This document shows, piece after piece, positions 26,681 to 35,950 of a stretch of 40,499 bases of DNA. Each line of letters begins with the position of its first letter. The first letter of the stretch is position 1. Source of the DNA: a virus. Taxonomy: Duplodnaviria > Caudoviricetes. The stretch lies in IMG/VR virus record IMGVR_UViG_3300036786_000065, positions 1-40,499 of that record, one strand, 5' to 3'. Made by a program: the position numbers and the translations under genes. The notes beneath the pieces were generated by a model. That model worked only from the letters and a program-made list of their open reading frames with translations, was not told the origin of the DNA and ran no database searches.

Positions 26681-27037
26681 ATGATCACCGACTCCGAAGT
26701 CCTCGCGTTCGTCGCCGAGACGCTGCGACCGCACAGTGACGTCCTGGCCCTGCACCTGGCCAACACCCTGAAGGTCCTGCTCGGCGCGGCCACGCTCCCC
26801 TCGGCGGCCGGCGGCGGCCAGACCGTGCTCGCGGCCCTCCAGGCGGCCGACCCGGCGGCCATCATCGCCGACCGGCCCGGCGAGCCCGCCAAGCAAGTCA
26901 CCGCCGGCCAGGCCCTCCAGGTGATCGGGCTCCTCCAGAGCAACCACGACGCGCTCCTGGCCAGCGGCAACGCGCTGCTCTTGATCGTCAACACGCTCGC
27001 GATCAACCCCCGCGCCAGCCTCCTCCCCTCGTCCTGA
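26681..27037 (+). CDS. Hypothetical helical protein
   Basis: 118 aa, AAGG RBS. Confidence 0.65.
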   Translation: MITDSEVLAFVAETLRPHSDVLALHLANTLKVLLGAATLPSAAGGGQTVLAALQAADPAAIIADRPGEPAKQVTAGQALQVIGLLQSNHDALLASGNALLLIVNTLAINPRASLLPSS

Positions 27038-27062
27038 CCTGAGCCGCGGAGCGAACTGACCG

Positions 27063-28715
27063 ATGGCCCTTTCCACCGCGCAAGTCTGGGAAGTCCGGGG
27101 TTCGGGCAGCGACAGCAACGGCGGCGGCTTCAAGGCCGGCGCGACCGGCACGGACCGTTCCCAGCAGGATGCCGCGCAGGTGGTGATCGACAACGCCACG
27201 ATCACCACGTCGATCGCGGCGAACGTGATCACGTTCACCGGCTACACCCCGACCTCGGCCGACGTCGGCAACGTGGTGCAGATGGCGACCGGGACCAACG
27301 TGACGGCGGGCTTTTACGAGATCACCGCCCAGACCCCGACGACGTGGACGGTCACGGGCGCGGCGGCCCTGCCCACCAGCGGCACCACGACCAACGCCAC
27401 AGGCTCGATGGGCGGCGCGTTGCAGACGCTCGGCAAGCTCTCCGGCGCGATGGTCGCCTCGAACAAGGCGTTCATCAAGAGCGGCACCTACGGCATCACC
27501 ACGGGCGTCACCTTCGCCCAGACCTGCTCGCCCAGCCGGACCGTGCCGCCGACGGAGCTGGTCGGGTACAACGCGACGCGCGGCGACACCGTGTTCGGCA
27601 CCGGCGCGGCCAACCGCCCCACGATCGCGACCAACGCCGCCAGCCTGACGGCCCTGACGTTCTCGGGTACCGGCGTCATCGTCCGCAACCTGATCGTCGC
27701 CACCGGGTCGAGCATCCCGCAAATCGGCATGCTGTTCAGCGGCGGCGGCCACGTCTGCCACAACAACAAGATCGCCAACTTTTCGCAGTACGGCGTCCGC
27801 GTCGGCGGGGCCACCGGCGGCGTGGCGACCTACAACGAGATCACCGGCGGCGTGGCGGCGACGGCCGCGCTCAGCACGATCTTCGGCGCGATGGGGTTCT
27901 CGTATAACTACATCCACGACAGCGCGGCGGTCGGGATCGCCGGCGCGGGCAATGGCCGGATCGACGGCAACGTGATCGCGAACATGTCGGGCGCGTCGTC
28001 CGACGGCATCCAGACCATCAACTCGGACGCGGTCACGTTCAACACGATTTACAACAGCGGCCGCCACGGGATCGCGATCACGAACGCGGCCTATGAAAAC
28101 CTGTGGATCAAGGGGAACGTCCTCCATTCCAACGGCGGCTTTGGCCTGACCCACATCACCGGCGCGGGCGTCGAGGCGCGGCCCGATTGGGACGGCAACG
28201 CCTTCTACAATAACACCAGCGGATCGCGGAACAACCTCGACGACACGTCGACCAATCCCGCCCACGGCGTGGCGCCGTACACCAACACGCTCGACGTGCC
28301 GCTCGCGTCGCCCAACGACCCGCTCACGAACGCGGCCGGCGGCGACTTCACCCTGAACGCCACGAGCGGCCGGGGCGCGCTCCTGCGCGGGACGGCCCCC
28401 GGCGCCGCGCTCCCCGGCCTCACCCAGGCCGGCTACCGCGACTTCGGCGCGTTCCAGTCCCAGCCGTCGGGCTTGACGCCGGCCATGTTCCGGGTTTCGC
28501 CCGCTCGCCTGGTCACCCGGATCGTCGAGGTGCCCCGGCGGCGAACGGTGGTGATTCCCGGCGCGGCCACGCCGGTCCAGGTCCTCTTGCCCACGATCCG
28601 CCGCACCGCGTACCCCCGATTCCCCGGCGGACCCCGCCCGCGTCGCGAGGCCCTCATCCCGGCCCCGGCCGTCGTCCAGAGTGTTGTGATCAAGTCCACC
28701 CGACCCGTGAGGTAA
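27063..28715 (+). CDS. Right-handed beta-helix (pectin-lyase-like) virion protein
   Basis: Asn-ladder repeats (NNKIAN, YNYIHD, GNVIAN, FNTIYN, GNAFYNN), DFTL...DFGAFQ end; Arg/Pro-rich tail. Confidence 0.75.
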   Translation: MALSTAQVWEVRGSGSDSNGGGFKAGATGTDRSQQDAAQVVIDNATITTSIAANVITFTGYTPTSADVGNVVQMATGTNVTAGFYEITAQTPTTWTVTGAAALPTSGTTTNATGSMGGALQTLGKLSGAMVASNKAFIKSGTYGITTGVTFAQTCSPSRTVPPTELVGYNATRGDTVFGTGAANRPTIATNAASLTALTFSGTGVIVRNLIVATGSSIPQIGMLFSGGGHVCHNNKIANFSQYGVRVGGATGGVATYNEITGGVAATAALSTIFGAMGFSYNYIHDSAAVGIAGAGNGRIDGNVIANMSGASSDGIQTINSDAVTFNTIYNSGRHGIAITNAAYENLWIKGNVLHSNGGFGLTHITGAGVEARPDWDGNAFYNNTSGSRNNLDDTSTNPAHGVAPYTNTLDVPLASPNDPLTNAAGGDFTLNATSGRGALLRGTAPGAALPGLTQAGYRDFGAFQSQPSGLTPAMFRVSPARLVTRIVEVPRRRTVVIPGAATPVQVLLPTIRRTAYPRFPGGPRPRREALIPAPAVVQSVVIKSTRPVR

Positions 28716-28722
28716 CCCGCCG

Positions 28723-29184
28723 ATGCGTGGTGTTTATGAAGGTTCGATTCTCTGCAGCGCGCTGGCCGCGACCAAGACCGTGATCCTGATCACGGCCCCC
28801 TCCACGACGATCGTCGAGCTGCTCTCGGCGAGCATCACCGACGCCTCGAACGCGACCAACCAGCAGCTCGCGGCGCTCTGGCAAAAGGTCACCACGATCG
28901 GCTCGGCCGCCGGCACCAGCCTGACCCCGACCAAGACCGAGCAGGGCGACCAGGCCTCGGCCTCGACCGTGCTGGGCAACCTGACCGTCGAGCCGACCAC
29001 GTACACCACCAACACGGGCGGCGGCTACCGCGGGTTCCCCACGCTCGGCGGCTGGGAGTGGGCCCCGATCCCGGAGGAGCGGATCTACCTCGCGCCGTCG
29101 TCGGTGTGGGGCCTGCGCATCCTCACGTCGACCTGGACGGCGCAGGACACGATCGTCCGGTTCACCTACCGCGAGATCGGGTGA
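28723..29184 (+). CDS. Putative virion protein
   Basis: 153 aa Thr-rich beta protein, PEERI motif. Confidence 0.65.
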   Translation: MRGVYEGSILCSALAATKTVILITAPSTTIVELLSASITDASNATNQQLAALWQKVTTIGSAAGTSLTPTKTEQGDQASASTVLGNLTVEPTTYTTNTGGGYRGFPTLGGWEWAPIPEERIYLAPSSVWGLRILTSTWTAQDTIVRFTYREIG

Positions 29185-29261
29185 GGTTATTCATGGTGAT
29201 CGAACCGATTCCCGTTCCCACTCCCGTTCCCGTGCTCTCCCAACCCAGACAGGATTTCCCC

Positions 29262-29471
29262 ATGCTTCGCATCGTCCAGGCCCAGGGCGGTTTCATTGTC
29301 TACCGCGATCGCTGCCTGGTCGCCCGGGTCGAGTCGGCCGCCACGCCCGGCGAGCGCGTCGTGGACCTCACGCGCACGCTCACGGCCAGCGAGATGAAGG
29401 CCGTCGCCGACCTGGCCCTGTCCTACGTCGAGGTCGCACCCACTCCCGGACCGGCCCACCTCGTGAGCTGA
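29262..29471 (+). CDS. Small hypothetical protein
   Basis: AGGA RBS before ATG 29262. Confidence 0.5.
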   Translation: MLRIVQAQGGFIVYRDRCLVARVESAATPGERVVDLTRTLTASEMKAVADLALSYVEVAPTPGPAHLVS

Positions 29472-29484
29472 ACTGAGCCAAGCC

Positions 29485-29745
29485 GTGCAGCACTACTCGG
29501 CCGCCAACTATTACACCCCCGGCTGGGTCGCGCCCCGCGACCGGCTGCGCGACCCGTTTCCCCGGGCCAGGCGCCGCCGCGGCGCGGGCATCACCATCGG
29601 CACGGGGGGCGTTGTTGCGCCGGGCACCGGCCCCACGGCGTTTCAGGTCAAGACCGTGGCCTCGACGTCGTTCAGCGTCAAGGTCGTTTCGACCGGGCCG
29701 AGCGTGGCCGCGATCGGGGCCATCAAGATCGTGAGGTCCACCTGA
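29485..29745 (+). CDS. Small hypothetical protein
   Basis: 86 aa, ends 1 nt before next start. Confidence 0.55.
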   Translation: MQHYSAANYYTPGWVAPRDRLRDPFPRARRRRGAGITIGTGGVVAPGTGPTAFQVKTVASTSFSVKVVSTGPSVAAIGAIKIVRST

Positions 29746-29746
29746 G

Positions 29747-30583
29747 ATGGCCATCGAGCTCCCCATCGAGATCGGCGCGGACGTTTCCTACGTCCTCGAG
29801 ATCGACGACCTCAACGACGCCCAGGTCACCACCTACAACGGCACCGAGACGCTCACCTGCGCCTGCTGGCGGGGCGACGACCAGGCCGTCCTGTTCGCCC
29901 CGGCCGTGTCGTGGGCGACGGCCGCGCTCGGCCAGTTCAACTTCGCCGTCTCGGCCGCCCAATCGGGCACGCTCACGCCCGGCCGCTACAACCTCCAGTT
30001 GACGATCACCTCCGGCGGCGTGGCCCGCAAGAAGACCTTTGGCTGGCTGATCGTCAAGCCCTCCCCCGGCTCGGCGACGGCCCGGCCCGTCTACCAGACC
30101 TGGGATGAAACGAAGTTCTACGCCGGCAGTTGGCTGGAGAAGCTCCAGCGGCTCGACACCGACCAGACCGGGTTCGCCGAGGAGCGGGGCCGCGCGCGGG
30201 CCTCCTTCGAGCAGCTCCTGCACAACGCCTGGCGGGGCGACAACGTCGTCGTCCGCCAGACCCGGTTCGCGTTCCCCTACGGCGTCAACTGGGCCAACCG
30301 CCGCTCGCCCCTGCGGGACCCGCAGCTCATCACCTGGCTGGCCGCCAACCAGCTGCTGGTGACCGACGAGATCAAGGAGTGGTGCGCCTACGCCACGATC
30401 GCCCTGATCTGCCGCCGCCAAATCAACCCCATGAAGGACGACGGCTACGGCGCCGCGGCGTCCTGGTACGCGACCCGGGCCGACACCCTGGCCGCCACGC
30501 TCACGCCCGAGATCGACACCGACGGCGACGGCCTCGGCGATATCCCGATCCCGCTGGGCACGATCGACATGCTCAAGGGGTGA
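29747..30583 (+). CDS. Putative head-tail adaptor with N-terminal beta domain
   Basis: GRYNLQLTIT beta domain plus helical C-terminus (EIKEWCAYATIALI); synteny. Confidence 0.55.
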   Translation: MAIELPIEIGADVSYVLEIDDLNDAQVTTYNGTETLTCACWRGDDQAVLFAPAVSWATAALGQFNFAVSAAQSGTLTPGRYNLQLTITSGGVARKKTFGWLIVKPSPGSATARPVYQTWDETKFYAGSWLEKLQRLDTDQTGFAEERGRARASFEQLLHNAWRGDNVVVRQTRFAFPYGVNWANRRSPLRDPQLITWLAANQLLVTDEIKEWCAYATIALICRRQINPMKDDGYGAAASWYATRADTLAATLTPEIDTDGDGLGDIPIPLGTIDMLKG

Positions 30584-31049
30584 GGGCGAGGTCGGGAAGC
30601 ACGAACAGGCCATCGACCCAGGGCACGAAAGCGACTTTCAGCCCGGCGAACATCCGGGGGTGCCGCTCCATGCCGAGAGAGGTCCTGGCCTGGAAATCCC
30701 ATGGGAAGCTCACCACGAACATCCCGCTCCGGTCGCGGGCCCCGAGCAGGTCGTGGTAGCGCGAGCCGCCGACGACGATGTAGGCCGCCCGCTTCTGGTA
30801 GACACGCATCATGTCGTCCTGGGAGGTCAGGACGGCAGCGACGATCGCGTCGAAATCCACGCGCACGCATTCGACGCGGCGAATCTCCTCGAAGCCCGAG
30901 GAGGCCCCGAGTCGCCTCAGCAGGCGGAACAGGACCCGCTGGAGCCAGGGCCATCGCCCGGCCGGATTGACGCGCAGCTGATCCACCAGCTCCCTCCGCT
31001 CGGTGATCTCCTGGGGGCGATAGATCGGGACCACGCTCGGCGTCGACAT
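30573..31049 (-). CDS. Antisense-oriented hypothetical gene (moron-like)
   Basis: Fills the gap between + strand structural genes; GAGG RBS. Confidence 0.65.
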   Translation of the reverse strand: MSTPSVVPIYRPQEITERRELVDQLRVNPAGRWPWLQRVLFRLLRRLGASSGFEEIRRVECVRVDFDAIVAAVLTSQDDMMRVYQKRAAYIVVGGSRYHDLLGARDRSGMFVVSFPWDFQARTSLGMERHPRMFAGLKVAFVPWVDGLFVLPDLALTP

Positions 31050-31080
31050 CGTCGGCCCTCTCACTGGGAAGTCACACGCG

Positions 31081-31776
31081 ATGGCCCAGATCAAGCATAG
31101 CGACTTCGGCTTTCGCCTGGAAGGGATCGAGCCGATCCACGATCCGGCGTGGACCGCGGCCCCCGATCGGGCGCGCCGCGCCTACTGGACCGAGGCCGCC
31201 GCGTTCGGATTGCGGACCCGCCAGCGAGGCATCATCCGGGGCCTGGGCGCCAACGGCCAGCCCGTCCGCAACATCCTGCCCTCCACCCGGAAACGCCGAC
31301 GCTCGGCCATGACCAAGTCCGGCAAGGGCTCGCCGTCGGCCGCCCCGCTCGTGCCCGGGTACACGCTCTCGCGGACCCACCAGTACCTGCGAGCCATCGT
31401 CCAGAGGGACGGCGTCTGGTTCCAGTGGCGGCATGATCCCAGGACCGGCGTGAACTGGGGTCAGATCCTCCAGTACCAGGCCGAGCAGGGCCGCGACCAC
31501 TTCGGGTTCAGCGCCGAGGAGTGGGACGCGATCGTGACCCACATGGACGCCTGGTGGGCACGTCGCCGCCCGCGCTACGCCCCGGTCGAGCCGGCCGCCC
31601 CGGTCGTCCCCATCCGCGTCTACCGGCCCGCTCCGATCCAACCAACCCGGATCAAGCCGGCGCGGATCGTGGCCATGCCGGCCGGCGGCGTCTACACCGC
31701 GGGGCCGAGCTCCAGCGGCGGCAGCTCCCCGTTCTCGGACCTCACCCACTTCAGCGGGTTTCGCCAGTTCCGATGA
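31081..31776 (+). CDS. Putative neck/tail completion protein
   Basis: Basic 231 aa ORF; synteny. Confidence 0.5.
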   Translation: MAQIKHSDFGFRLEGIEPIHDPAWTAAPDRARRAYWTEAAAFGLRTRQRGIIRGLGANGQPVRNILPSTRKRRRSAMTKSGKGSPSAAPLVPGYTLSRTHQYLRAIVQRDGVWFQWRHDPRTGVNWGQILQYQAEQGRDHFGFSAEEWDAIVTHMDAWWARRRPRYAPVEPAAPVVPIRVYRPAPIQPTRIKPARIVAMPAGGVYTAGPSSSGGSSPFSDLTHFSGFRQFR

Positions 31777-32369
31777 GCGCCAACTTCATCGACCTCACCC
31801 CGCTGGACCGCGTCGCCGGCCACTTCCGCAAGGTGGCCCGGGGGTTCTCGCTGGCCGAGATCCGGCCGACGCTGGTGAAGGTCGAGAAGGTGTTCGTCGA
31901 GGACAACCGGATCGGCGTCCTGAAGGGCGTGGATTGCGACGATCAGCCCGCGCCCAGGCTCAAGTACCGCGACGGCAAGGGCCGCAAGACCTCGCCCCGC
32001 AAGGTCGGGTTCGGCAAGGCCACCGGCCGACTCCGCGAGACCAGCCTCGGCGGGTCGAAGTACGCGGCCGCGCGGGGGCCGCGGCTGGCCCCGTTCGGCG
32101 TCCGCTCGCGGGTGATCACCAACTACGCGACGGGGCACGGCCAGGACGGCCGCGACTACGTCGTGGTCGGGGCCTGGCGGAACGTCGTGTCCCGGGACAA
32201 CGTCGAGTTCCTCCCGGCCCACTTCAACGGCCCGACCTGGACCGGCCGCGGCCACAAGGCGCTCTTGCCCCGCTACAACCTGGCCGGCCACCTCCGCGCG
32301 TGGGGCCGCGACCAGGCCCGCCAGATCGTGTACGCCGACGTCTCCGCGCTCGTGACGAAGGGGCCCTGA
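31773..32369 (+). CDS. Putative virion morphogenesis (neck) protein
   Basis: ATGA coupling; basic, HFNG...LPRY pattern. Confidence 0.55.
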   Translation: MSANFIDLTPLDRVAGHFRKVARGFSLAEIRPTLVKVEKVFVEDNRIGVLKGVDCDDQPAPRLKYRDGKGRKTSPRKVGFGKATGRLRETSLGGSKYAAARGPRLAPFGVRSRVITNYATGHGQDGRDYVVVGAWRNVVSRDNVEFLPAHFNGPTWTGRGHKALLPRYNLAGHLRAWGRDQARQIVYADVSALVTKGP

Positions 32370-32373
32370 CCCG

Positions 32374-32877
32374 ATGGCACGCAACGATCGCCTCGCGATC
32401 CCCTCCTCGGTCCACTCGGTCGTGTTCCGGCGGCTCGACAAGATCGTCCGCCGCGACGCCGTCGTGGCCCGGACGTTCGCGGTGATCCGCTCGTGGGAGG
32501 GTAAGGACGACGACCACGCCGGCTTCGCCCCCGACGAGTGCCCGGCCCTGCGGTTGACGCCCGGGGCTGGGCCGGACGGCTGGTATGGGCCATCAGGCTT
32601 CGAATCGACCCTGACCGTCGATTGCGAGGTCTACGCGATCGGCACCAACGCCGAGGACATCCTCGACCTGGTGCAGGTCGTGCGGCTCGCGCTCTACCCG
32701 GCCGATCCGGCGGCCTGTCTCGCGATCCAGCAGGCCCTCAAGGCCGACGGCGCGAGCGAGACCGGCCAGCCCCTGCTCGGCACACCCGGGGTCGCGGTCG
32801 CGCTCAACGGCGACGCCGCCATGATGCAGGCCACGTTTGCAATTCAGATCGACACGCTCAACACCCTCAACGCATAA
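32374..32877 (+). CDS. Putative tail terminator
   Basis: DECPALRL motif, size, directly before tail tube. Confidence 0.65.
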   Translation: MARNDRLAIPSSVHSVVFRRLDKIVRRDAVVARTFAVIRSWEGKDDDHAGFAPDECPALRLTPGAGPDGWYGPSGFESTLTVDCEVYAIGTNAEDILDLVQVVRLALYPADPAACLAIQQALKADGASETGQPLLGTPGVAVALNGDAAMMQATFAIQIDTLNTLNA

Positions 32878-32889
32878 GGTGGCCCAGAC

Positions 32890-33891
32890 ATGGCCAGTCG
32901 TCGCTTCGTCCGCGCCTGCATCGAGTCCTCGTTCGGCGTGGCCAAGACCACGCCCACGCTCGGCACCGACGCCTGTGTGCTCCGCCTCCCCGACGCCAAC
33001 GCGTTCAAGGCCGAGATGACGCCCTCGATCGAGTACATCCCCTACGGCGGGGGCCGCACGACGTATGCGGATTCCGTGGCCGACGTGGCGCTCGTGCAGG
33101 GCTCGGTCTCGACCTATCTCTATCCCGGGATCTGGACCACGCTCCTGACCAACTGGGCCCTGACGCTGATCAACACGGGCCGCACCACGCCCTGGGTGAC
33201 GACCGACGCCTCGTCCGTGATGCCGGCGGGCGACCTGGCCAGCATGTGCTTCTACCACGGCTTCCAGAACCCCGATGCGTCGTATGTCCGCGAGAAGTGG
33301 CTCGGGTCCAAGAGCACGAAGGGTTCGATCGAGGGTTCGGCCAAGGACCGGAAGATCAAGTTCACGAGCGACTTCATCGGCATCAAGGAGGTGACCAACG
33401 CCTTCATCTCGGGCGAGGCCTCGGCCCCGGACGCCACCGAGTTCCCCGCGCCGGCCGAGACCGACTACCCGACCGCCCCCTACCTGTTCAGCCACGTCGG
33501 CAGCGGCACCGGCACCATGAAGATCGGGTCGGCGCGGACCCAGATCGAATCGTTCAAGTTGAGTTGGGAGAACGCGATCTACCCCGACCCCTACGAGAAG
33601 CAGGTCATCCAGCTCGCCCGGTTCACGGGCCGCAAGGTGATGCTCGAGGTCGGCCTCCGCTACAAGATCAGCCCCGACGACCTCGCGAGCTTCCAGAGCC
33701 AGGCCGCGCAGGCGTCGCAGTTGATCCTCGACAACGGCGCGCACACGTTCAACCTCCAGATGAACGGCGTCAACAAGATCACCGGCCGCGAGCGGGACTA
33801 CACCGACGGCAACGAGTACGCGACCAAGATCACGGTCACGAACTTCTGGGATGCGTCGGCCGGCTCGGACGTGGTGCTCACCCTCACTTGA
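32890..33891 (+). CDS. Major tail tube protein
   Basis: ESSFGVA N-terminus, SFKLSWEN, GRKV; before tape measure. Confidence 0.75.
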   Translation: MASRRFVRACIESSFGVAKTTPTLGTDACVLRLPDANAFKAEMTPSIEYIPYGGGRTTYADSVADVALVQGSVSTYLYPGIWTTLLTNWALTLINTGRTTPWVTTDASSVMPAGDLASMCFYHGFQNPDASYVREKWLGSKSTKGSIEGSAKDRKIKFTSDFIGIKEVTNAFISGEASAPDATEFPAPAETDYPTAPYLFSHVGSGTGTMKIGSARTQIESFKLSWENAIYPDPYEKQVIQLARFTGRKVMLEVGLRYKISPDDLASFQSQAAQASQLILDNGAHTFNLQMNGVNKITGRERDYTDGNEYATKITVTNFWDASAGSDVVLTLT

Positions 33892-33899
33892 TCCCAGAC

Positions 33900-34013
33900 G
33901 GGGATTTCACGCGGAGGCGCGGAGGCGGAGAGAGAAAAGAAGAACAAATTCTTGATTGAGAATTGATTCTCGATCTCCCTCTCTCCGCCTCCGCGCCTCC
34001 GCGTGAAATCCCC
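33900..34013. repeat. Intergenic hairpin element, family B
   Basis: 35-bp perfect inverted arms; loop contains AATTCTTGATTGAG. Confidence 0.92.
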
Positions 34014-34039
34014 TTTCTCTTGTCGTCGAGGGCCCACCC

Positions 34040-35947
34040 GTGGCCATGACCGAAGATACGATCCGCCTGAAGCTCGCGATCGCCTCGGAGGAGGCCGTGA
34101 CGGCGGCGGCGCGGACCGAGACCCTGAAGGCCAAGCAGGACCTGCTGGGCCGCGCCCTGGACGAGGGTGTCATCAAGGGAGACCGCTACAACCAGCTGAT
34201 GGCCAAGTCCTCGGCCGAGCTGGCCAAGGCCGAATCGGCGGCGGCGCGGGCGGCGGCCCTCACGGAGAAGTTGACGGTCGCCCAGAACGCCAACGCGGCG
34301 GCGGCCGAGAAGGCGGCGAAGAGCACGGGCGGCACGGTCAACGCCATCCAGGGCACGAGCCGCGCGGTCCAGGACTTCACGTCCAGCGCGCTCAACGGCG
34401 GGTTCGTCCAGGGGCTCAACTCGATCACGAACAACGTCGATCAGATGGCCCAGGGCTTCGGCCGGATGGGCGGCATGACGGCCCAGGCGGCGACGAACCT
34501 CGGCTCGATCGCGACGTTCGGCGTCGTGGGGTTGCAGCTCGCGATCGTCGCCTTGACCCCGATCATCAAGGGCCTCCTCGATCAGTTCGGCCTGTTCAAG
34601 GGGGCCGTCGACCCGGCGGCCACCGAGGTCGAGAGATTGAAAACGAAGATCAAGGAGCTGGGGGACAAGCCGATCAAGCTCCAGGTCGACCGCAACGAGC
34701 TGGCGGCGGCCGAGGCCGACCTGAAGCGGTTGACGGCGGCGCGGGAGGCGTACAACCGGATCGCCGGCCTCAAGAGCGAAGACGAGAAGGAAAGCGAGGC
34801 GAGCGTCACCAAGGTGTTTGGCCAGGACCACATGGCGCTGGGATCGCTGGCGAAACCGGAGATCGCGAAGGCCGAGGCCGGCGCCCGGGCCGCGCAGGCC
34901 GAGAAGGTCGCCAAGCTGGAAAAGGAGCTGGCTGACCTCGTCAAGGCAGGCTACAGGCCGTGGGAATTGACCGAGGCGAAGCAGGCCATCGAGGACGCCA
35001 AGAACGACACGAAGCCAGTCGCCGCCGCCATCGCCACGGCCAAGGACCGCGTCGGCACGCTCGTCGGCGGGGCCACCGGAGCGGCCAAGCCCGGTCAGGT
35101 CGGGGACGCCAACGAAGCCCTCGCCCAGGCCGCCGAAAAGGCCGGGCGACACGATATCGCGTTCAAGGTGCGCATGGCGAGCCCCACGGGTCGGGCCGAG
35201 TCCAACACCGCCAACGACGAGATGGAGCGCCAGAACGAGGACCTGGCCGTCGACCAGCGTCTGCGCGATAAGACGCGGGAGGAGAACGAGAAGGCCCAGG
35301 AGGAACTCGACAAGCAGGAAGACGAGAAGATCGAGAAGGGCGGCAAGGCCCTCTCCAAGCAGAGCAAGGACGCTCGAGAGACACAGAAGCATGTCTCGAA
35401 GGACGCGACGAACGAACTCAAGAAGATGCAGGCTGACGCCCAGGCGAATGCCAAGCTCACCGCGGCCGGCGGCACGATGGACGAGGAGATTGGCGCGTTC
35501 CTGAACATCCAGGACCAACGCCGCCACAGCCTCGACGGCGTCACGGGTGCCACCCGCAAACGGATGATCGCCGAGGCCGCGAAGGCCGGCACCCCGATCT
35601 TGACGGCGGAAGAGGCCAACGCCCAGGCCGAACAGGCGGCCATGAACGCCATGTCGTCGACCACGATGCGCGACAAGGACGGCAACGAGCTCAACGCCGA
35701 ACAGCGGCGCGCGGCCGCCAAGGCGATGGTGGGCGACGCCAACGCCGACCTCTCCCGCCGGCAGATGGAATTGCAGGGCCAGGGGCTCAACCAGGCGGAG
35801 CGCGGCGTGGCCATCACCGATCAGTTGATCGGCCTGATTGACCAGGTCGGACAGCGGACCCTCCGTCTCGAACAGGGCATGAATCGGAACGCCCAGCGCG
35901 CCCAGCAGGTGAGTCGTTCGAACCTCCGTCAGCGTGGCGGCAACTGA
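34040..35947 (+). CDS. Tape measure protein
   Basis: Long Ala/Lys/Glu helical ORF with hydrophobic segment; after tail tube. Confidence 0.8.
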   Translation: MAMTEDTIRLKLAIASEEAVTAAARTETLKAKQDLLGRALDEGVIKGDRYNQLMAKSSAELAKAESAAARAAALTEKLTVAQNANAAAAEKAAKSTGGTVNAIQGTSRAVQDFTSSALNGGFVQGLNSITNNVDQMAQGFGRMGGMTAQAATNLGSIATFGVVGLQLAIVALTPIIKGLLDQFGLFKGAVDPAATEVERLKTKIKELGDKPIKLQVDRNELAAAEADLKRLTAAREAYNRIAGLKSEDEKESEASVTKVFGQDHMALGSLAKPEIAKAEAGARAAQAEKVAKLEKELADLVKAGYRPWELTEAKQAIEDAKNDTKPVAAAIATAKDRVGTLVGGATGAAKPGQVGDANEALAQAAEKAGRHDIAFKVRMASPTGRAESNTANDEMERQNEDLAVDQRLRDKTREENEKAQEELDKQEDEKIEKGGKALSKQSKDARETQKHVSKDATNELKKMQADAQANAKLTAAGGTMDEEIGAFLNIQDQRRHSLDGVTGATRKRMIAEAAKAGTPILTAEEANAQAEQAAMNAMSSTTMRDKDGNELNAEQRRAAAKAMVGDANADLSRRQMELQGQGLNQAERGVAITDQLIGLIDQVGQRTLRLEQGMNRNAQRAQQVSRSNLRQRGGN

Positions 35948-35950
35948 CCC

